Of a DNA stretch of 44,730 nt, positions 41,253 to 44,730 are shown piece after piece (the stretch's first letter is position 1; each line of letters opens with the position of its first letter). The notes under the pieces were generated by a model that was given only the letters and a program-made list of their open reading frames with translations, had not been told where the DNA came from and did no database searches. The position numbers and the translations under genes were made by a program. The stretch covers positions 1 through 44,730 of the forward strand of contig JAAYKF010000097.1 in NCBI GenBank assembly GCA_012522535.1. Direction: 5' to 3'. This stretch comes from Bacteroidales bacterium (lineage in GTDB: Bacteria; Bacteroidota; Bacteroidia; Bacteroidales; WCHB1-69).

Positions 41253-42575
41253 ATGTTTCAAAATTTAAGTGAAAAACTCGATAAGGCTTTTAAAATACTC
41301 AAAGGGCAAGGGCACATTACCGAAATAAATGTTGCCGAAACACTGAAAGAGGTCCGTAAGGCACTATTAGATGCTGATGTTAGCTACAAAGTAGCCAAAG
41401 ATTTCACCGATGAAGTTAGGCGTAAGGCGTTGGGACAGAATGTCTTAACTGCGGTGTCGCCCGGACAATTAATGGTTAAAATTGTTCACGACGAATTGGC
41501 AGAGCTAATGGGTTCTACCAAAAGTGATATAAATATTCAACCCAATCCTACGGTGATTTTAATGGCGGGTCTTCAAGGTTCGGGAAAGACAACTTTTTCG
41601 GCTAAACTTGCCAACTTTTTACATACCAAGCGTTCGCGTCGTCCGCTTTTGGTAGCCTGCGACGTGTATCGCCCTGCTGCTATCGACCAAATTGAAACTT
41701 TGGGTGAGCAAATAGGAGTTGAGGTTTATTCCGAAAGGGAAAATAAAAATCCAGCAGAAATTGCTCAAAACGCCATAAAACATGCCAAGAAAAATGGTCA
41801 TAATGTTGTAATTGTGGACACCGCCGGTCGTTTGGCAATAGACGATCAGATGATGGACGAAATATCGACCATGAAAGAAAAGCTTGAACCACACGAAATA
41901 TTGTTTGTGGTGGATGCCATGACGGGTCAAGACGCCGTTAATACAGCCAAAGCTTTCAACGACAGATTAGACTTCACGGGGGTTATCCTTTCTAAGATGG
42001 ATGGCGACACTCGTGGTGGTTCGGCACTAACCATTAAGGCTATTGTAAATAAACCAATAAAATTTGTTGGTCTGGGCGAAAAAATGGATGCAATAGACAT
42101 TTTCCACCCCGAACGTATGGCCGACAGAATATTGGGAATGGGTGATATTGTTTCGTTTGTCGAACGAGCTCAAGAACAATATGACGAAGAAGAAGCTAAA
42201 AAACTTCACAAAAAGATAGCAAAAGACCAGTTTAATTTCAACGACTTTTTAGCACAAATTGGACAAATCAAGAAAATGGGAAATGTTAAAGATTTAGTTG
42301 GTATGATCCCAGGAATGTCTAAGGCTATGAAAGATGTTGAGATTGATGAAGATGCTTTCAAAAGTGTAGAAGCTATAATCCATTCTATGACACCAGACGA
42401 GAGAGAAAATCCAGCAGTTTTAAATGGAAGTAGAAGAAAGAGAATAGCCGACGGAAGTGGCACAAGCATTCAAGAAGTAAACAGATTGATAAAACAATTT
42501 GACGACACTAGAAAAATGATGAAAATGGTTGCCACCGACAAAGGAGCATTGGCAAGAAAAATCAGAAGAAGATAG
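41253..42575 (+). CDS. ffh: Signal recognition particle protein
   Basis: GLQGSGKTT, DVYRPAA, DTAGR, DGDTRGG, RILGMGD, Met-rich M domain. Confidence 0.98.
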   Translation: MFQNLSEKLDKAFKILKGQGHITEINVAETLKEVRKALLDADVSYKVAKDFTDEVRRKALGQNVLTAVSPGQLMVKIVHDELAELMGSTKSDINIQPNPTVILMAGLQGSGKTTFSAKLANFLHTKRSRRPLLVACDVYRPAAIDQIETLGEQIGVEVYSERENKNPAEIAQNAIKHAKKNGHNVVIVDTAGRLAIDDQMMDEISTMKEKLEPHEILFVVDAMTGQDAVNTAKAFNDRLDFTGVILSKMDGDTRGGSALTIKAIVNKPIKFVGLGEKMDAIDIFHPERMADRILGMGDIVSFVERAQEQYDEEEAKKLHKKIAKDQFNFNDFLAQIGQIKKMGNVKDLVGMIPGMSKAMKDVEIDEDAFKSVEAIIHSMTPDERENPAVLNGSRRKRIADGSGTSIQEVNRLIKQFDDTRKMMKMVATDKGALARKIRRR

Positions 42576-42606
42576 AAAAATAAATATATTACAAAATTCA
42601 TGTTTT

Positions 42607-43503
42607 ATGAAATTAATTGATGGGAAAGAGATTTCAAGTATCATTAAAAAAGAGATAGCAGCCGAGGTGGCGGAGCTAATAGACGCTGGAAAGCCAGCAC
42701 CACATTTTGCAGTAATTTTGGTTGGCGACGATGGAGCCAGTCAAACTTATGTCAATAGCAAAGAAAAATCAGGAAAAGAGGTTGGTTTTACAACTTCTGT
42801 TTATCGATTTCCAGCTAGTATAACCGAAAAAGAGGTGTTAGAAACAATTAAATTTATTAATGAAGATGATGAAATTAATGGACTTTTAGTTCAGCTTCCA
42901 CTGCCAGAACATATCTCCGAAGAGAAAGTTATTCACGCAATTGACCCTTCAAAAGATGTTGACGGCTTTCATCCAGAGAATATTGGCAAAATGGTTCTTG
43001 GCGAAGCAACTTGTATTCCAGCAACGCCATCGGGAATTATGGAGCTTTTTAAGCGTGCCGATATCGAAACACAAGGAAAAAATTGTGTCATAATCGGGCG
43101 TAGCCACATTGTAGGAAGTCCTATGAGTATTCTTATGTCGAGAGATAGCAATCCTGGGAATGCCACTGTAACGCTTTGTCATAGTAAAACTGAAAATCTA
43201 AAAGAGATAGCAAAACAAGCCGATATTTTAATTGTAGCTTTGGGACGCCCCGAATTTATAGATGCATCTTATGTTAAAAAAGGAGCTTGTGTAATAGATG
43301 TTGGAGTTAGCAGAGTTCCAGATAGCACAAGAAAATCAGGATATAAAATTGTTGGCGATGTGAAGTTTGACGAGGTTTCTAAAGTGGCAGATGCCATTAC
43401 ACCAGTGCCCGGTGGCGTTGGACCTATGACAATTGCAGCATTGTTGCAAAACACCCTCAGATCGTATAAGAGACAAGAGGGGATTACACAATCATGTAAA
43501 TAA
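42607..43503 (+). CDS. folD: Methylenetetrahydrofolate dehydrogenase/cyclohydrolase
   Basis: MKLIDGK start at 42607; LVQLPLP, KDVDGFHP, GRS.IVG.P, TPVPGGVGPMT. Confidence 0.97.
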   Translation: MKLIDGKEISSIIKKEIAAEVAELIDAGKPAPHFAVILVGDDGASQTYVNSKEKSGKEVGFTTSVYRFPASITEKEVLETIKFINEDDEINGLLVQLPLPEHISEEKVIHAIDPSKDVDGFHPENIGKMVLGEATCIPATPSGIMELFKRADIETQGKNCVIIGRSHIVGSPMSILMSRDSNPGNATVTLCHSKTENLKEIAKQADILIVALGRPEFIDASYVKKGACVIDVGVSRVPDSTRKSGYKIVGDVKFDEVSKVADAITPVPGGVGPMTIAALLQNTLRSYKRQEGITQSCK

Positions 43504-43550
43504 ACTCAGACAATGCCAATAAAAATCAGCTATATTTGAAACAAAAGTTT

Positions 43551-44015
43551 ATGAAAAAAATATTATTAGGATTATTATTGGTATCTGTTTTTTGCATTGG
43601 CAAAGGACAGAGCGACTCGTTAAATACCCCTGAAAAAATAGTAGATCATTTTTTCTTCCTAATGCAAGACAACAGTGATAATGCCGTTGACTTTCTGTTT
43701 TCCACCAATCCGTTTTTCGACATTGAGAGAATGCCGCAGTTGGAAGAGATAAAAGGACAGTTGAATAAACTATTTTATTTTGGGAATTTGCATGGCTACG
43801 AACTTTCGTCGGTAAAAACCATGTCGCCATCGCTGAAAATGTTTACATATATAGCTCGATATACAAGGCAGCCTATTCGTGTTGATTTCTATTTTTATAA
43901 GCCCAACAAAAGGTGGCAAATTCAAACATTTATGTTTGATGAAGATTTTAGAGCCGATTTTGAGAAAATAGATGCCGAGTTTTTAAATCAAAAAACCATC
44001 AATTTTGAAGATTAA
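43551..44015 (+). CDS. Hypothetical exported protein
   Basis: Signal peptide MKKILLGLLLVSVFCIGKG; no recognised motif. Confidence 0.7.
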   Translation: MKKILLGLLLVSVFCIGKGQSDSLNTPEKIVDHFFFLMQDNSDNAVDFLFSTNPFFDIERMPQLEEIKGQLNKLFYFGNLHGYELSSVKTMSPSLKMFTYIARYTRQPIRVDFYFYKPNKRWQIQTFMFDEDFRADFEKIDAEFLNQKTINFED

Positions 44016-44080
44016 AATAGAAGAACAAAATAAAGAATAAGTTTCTGCGTTTCAATAAAGTTAAAATCAAAGTAGAACCA

Positions 44081-44730
44081 ATGTCTCAAAACATATTTTC
44101 GTCAATGAGTTTAAAAAACACCAAAAATATTCTCTTAGCTCTTTCGCTGTCGTTTCTCTTTTTGAGTTCATGTTCTACGCAAAAAAATAAATGGGCAAAT
44201 CGGAAATATCATGGCATAACAGCCAAATACAATATACTTTTTAATGGCGAAGAGGCGTACAAAACTGGTATGCGAGAGCTTGCCAAAAAATCTAACGAAA
44301 ATTACACCACCATTCTTCCAGTTTTTCCCAGATATTCTAAAAATGATGCCACTTCCATAGCCCCACACATGGATAGGCTGATTGAAAAAGCAGGAAAAGC
44401 TGTCAAAAAGCACTCAATGTTCATCAAAGGGAAAGAGCATAACAAATATATACCCTACTCCTATTTGATGATGGGCAAAGCATTTTATCATAAGCAAGAT
44501 TATGAAACAGCCCAACGCACATTCAATTTTATTATAAACAACTACAAGGAATACTCCTTGGCAGATGAAGCCAATGTGTGGATGGCACGTACCACCAGCG
44601 AAATGGGTGAAATGACTCGCTCCGACTTGCTGTTTGATGAGTTGAAGTATAAGTTTGATGGTGCTAAAAACAAAAAAGCACTTTTGCTATACAATATGGC
44701 TTATGCCGATTTTATGATAAAAACGGAAGA
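44081..44730 (+). CDS. sprE: T9SS/gliding TPR lipoprotein PorW/SprE (partial, runs off the window; alternative start 44105)
   Basis: Hand translation ...LFLSSCSTQKNKWANRKYHGITAKYNILFNG...IEKAGKAVKKHSM...YLMMGKAFY...A.RTF, matching the N-terminus of SprE/PorW as I recall it. Not in the ORF track because there is no stop codon. Confidence 0.8.
   Translation, partial: MSQNIFSSMSLKNTKNILLALSLSFLFLSSCSTQKNKWANRKYHGITAKYNILFNGEEAYKTGMRELAKKSNENYTTILPVFPRYSKNDATSIAPHMDRLIEKAGKAVKKHSMFIKGKEHNKYIPYSYLMMGKAFYHKQDYETAQRTFNFIINNYKEYSLADEANVWMARTTSEMGEMTRSDLLFDELKYKFDGAKNKKALLLYNMAYADFMIKTE

Noticed and set aside
28136-43503. One-carbon/methionine supercluster (metK, purH, metG, folD)
   Set aside because: The genes sit in separate transcription units interspersed with unrelated housekeeping genes, so the proximity is probably coincidental.

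Overview
AT-rich window from a Bacteroidota (probably Bacteroidales) chromosome, judged from TAnnTTTG promoters, T9SS cargo proteins, PorW/SprE and a SAM-II riboswitch before metK. Left to right: a truncated IS1634-like transposase remnant; a cobalamin riboswitch with btuFCD-like ABC genes; a stand-alone AAA+/DUF4143 ATPase; a WbpP-like epimerase with gmd and fcl; a small and a giant (3229 aa) T9SS protein; an M20 dipeptidase and a beta-barrel OMP; an AT-rich island of T9SS genes; an unannotated ferredoxin; then metK, an acyl-CoA ligase, ALDH, purH, groES/groEL, an M2/M3 peptidase, metG, ffh, folD, a hypothetical gene and a partial porW/sprE. The most unusual signals lie mostly between genes. 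(1) A 125-bp MITE-like element sits at a duplicated TA inside the B12 riboswitch. (2) The ATPase is preceded by three regularly spaced 20-bp palindromic boxes and bracketed by 18-bp direct repeats. (3) The T9SS island is bounded by copies of a terminator arm, and its large gene is split by a single in-frame TAA. (4) Several dispersed hairpin repeat families are present, one with compensatory base changes. No CRISPR array, rRNA or tRNA was recognised. All calls come from reading the sequence by eye, with no database searches.
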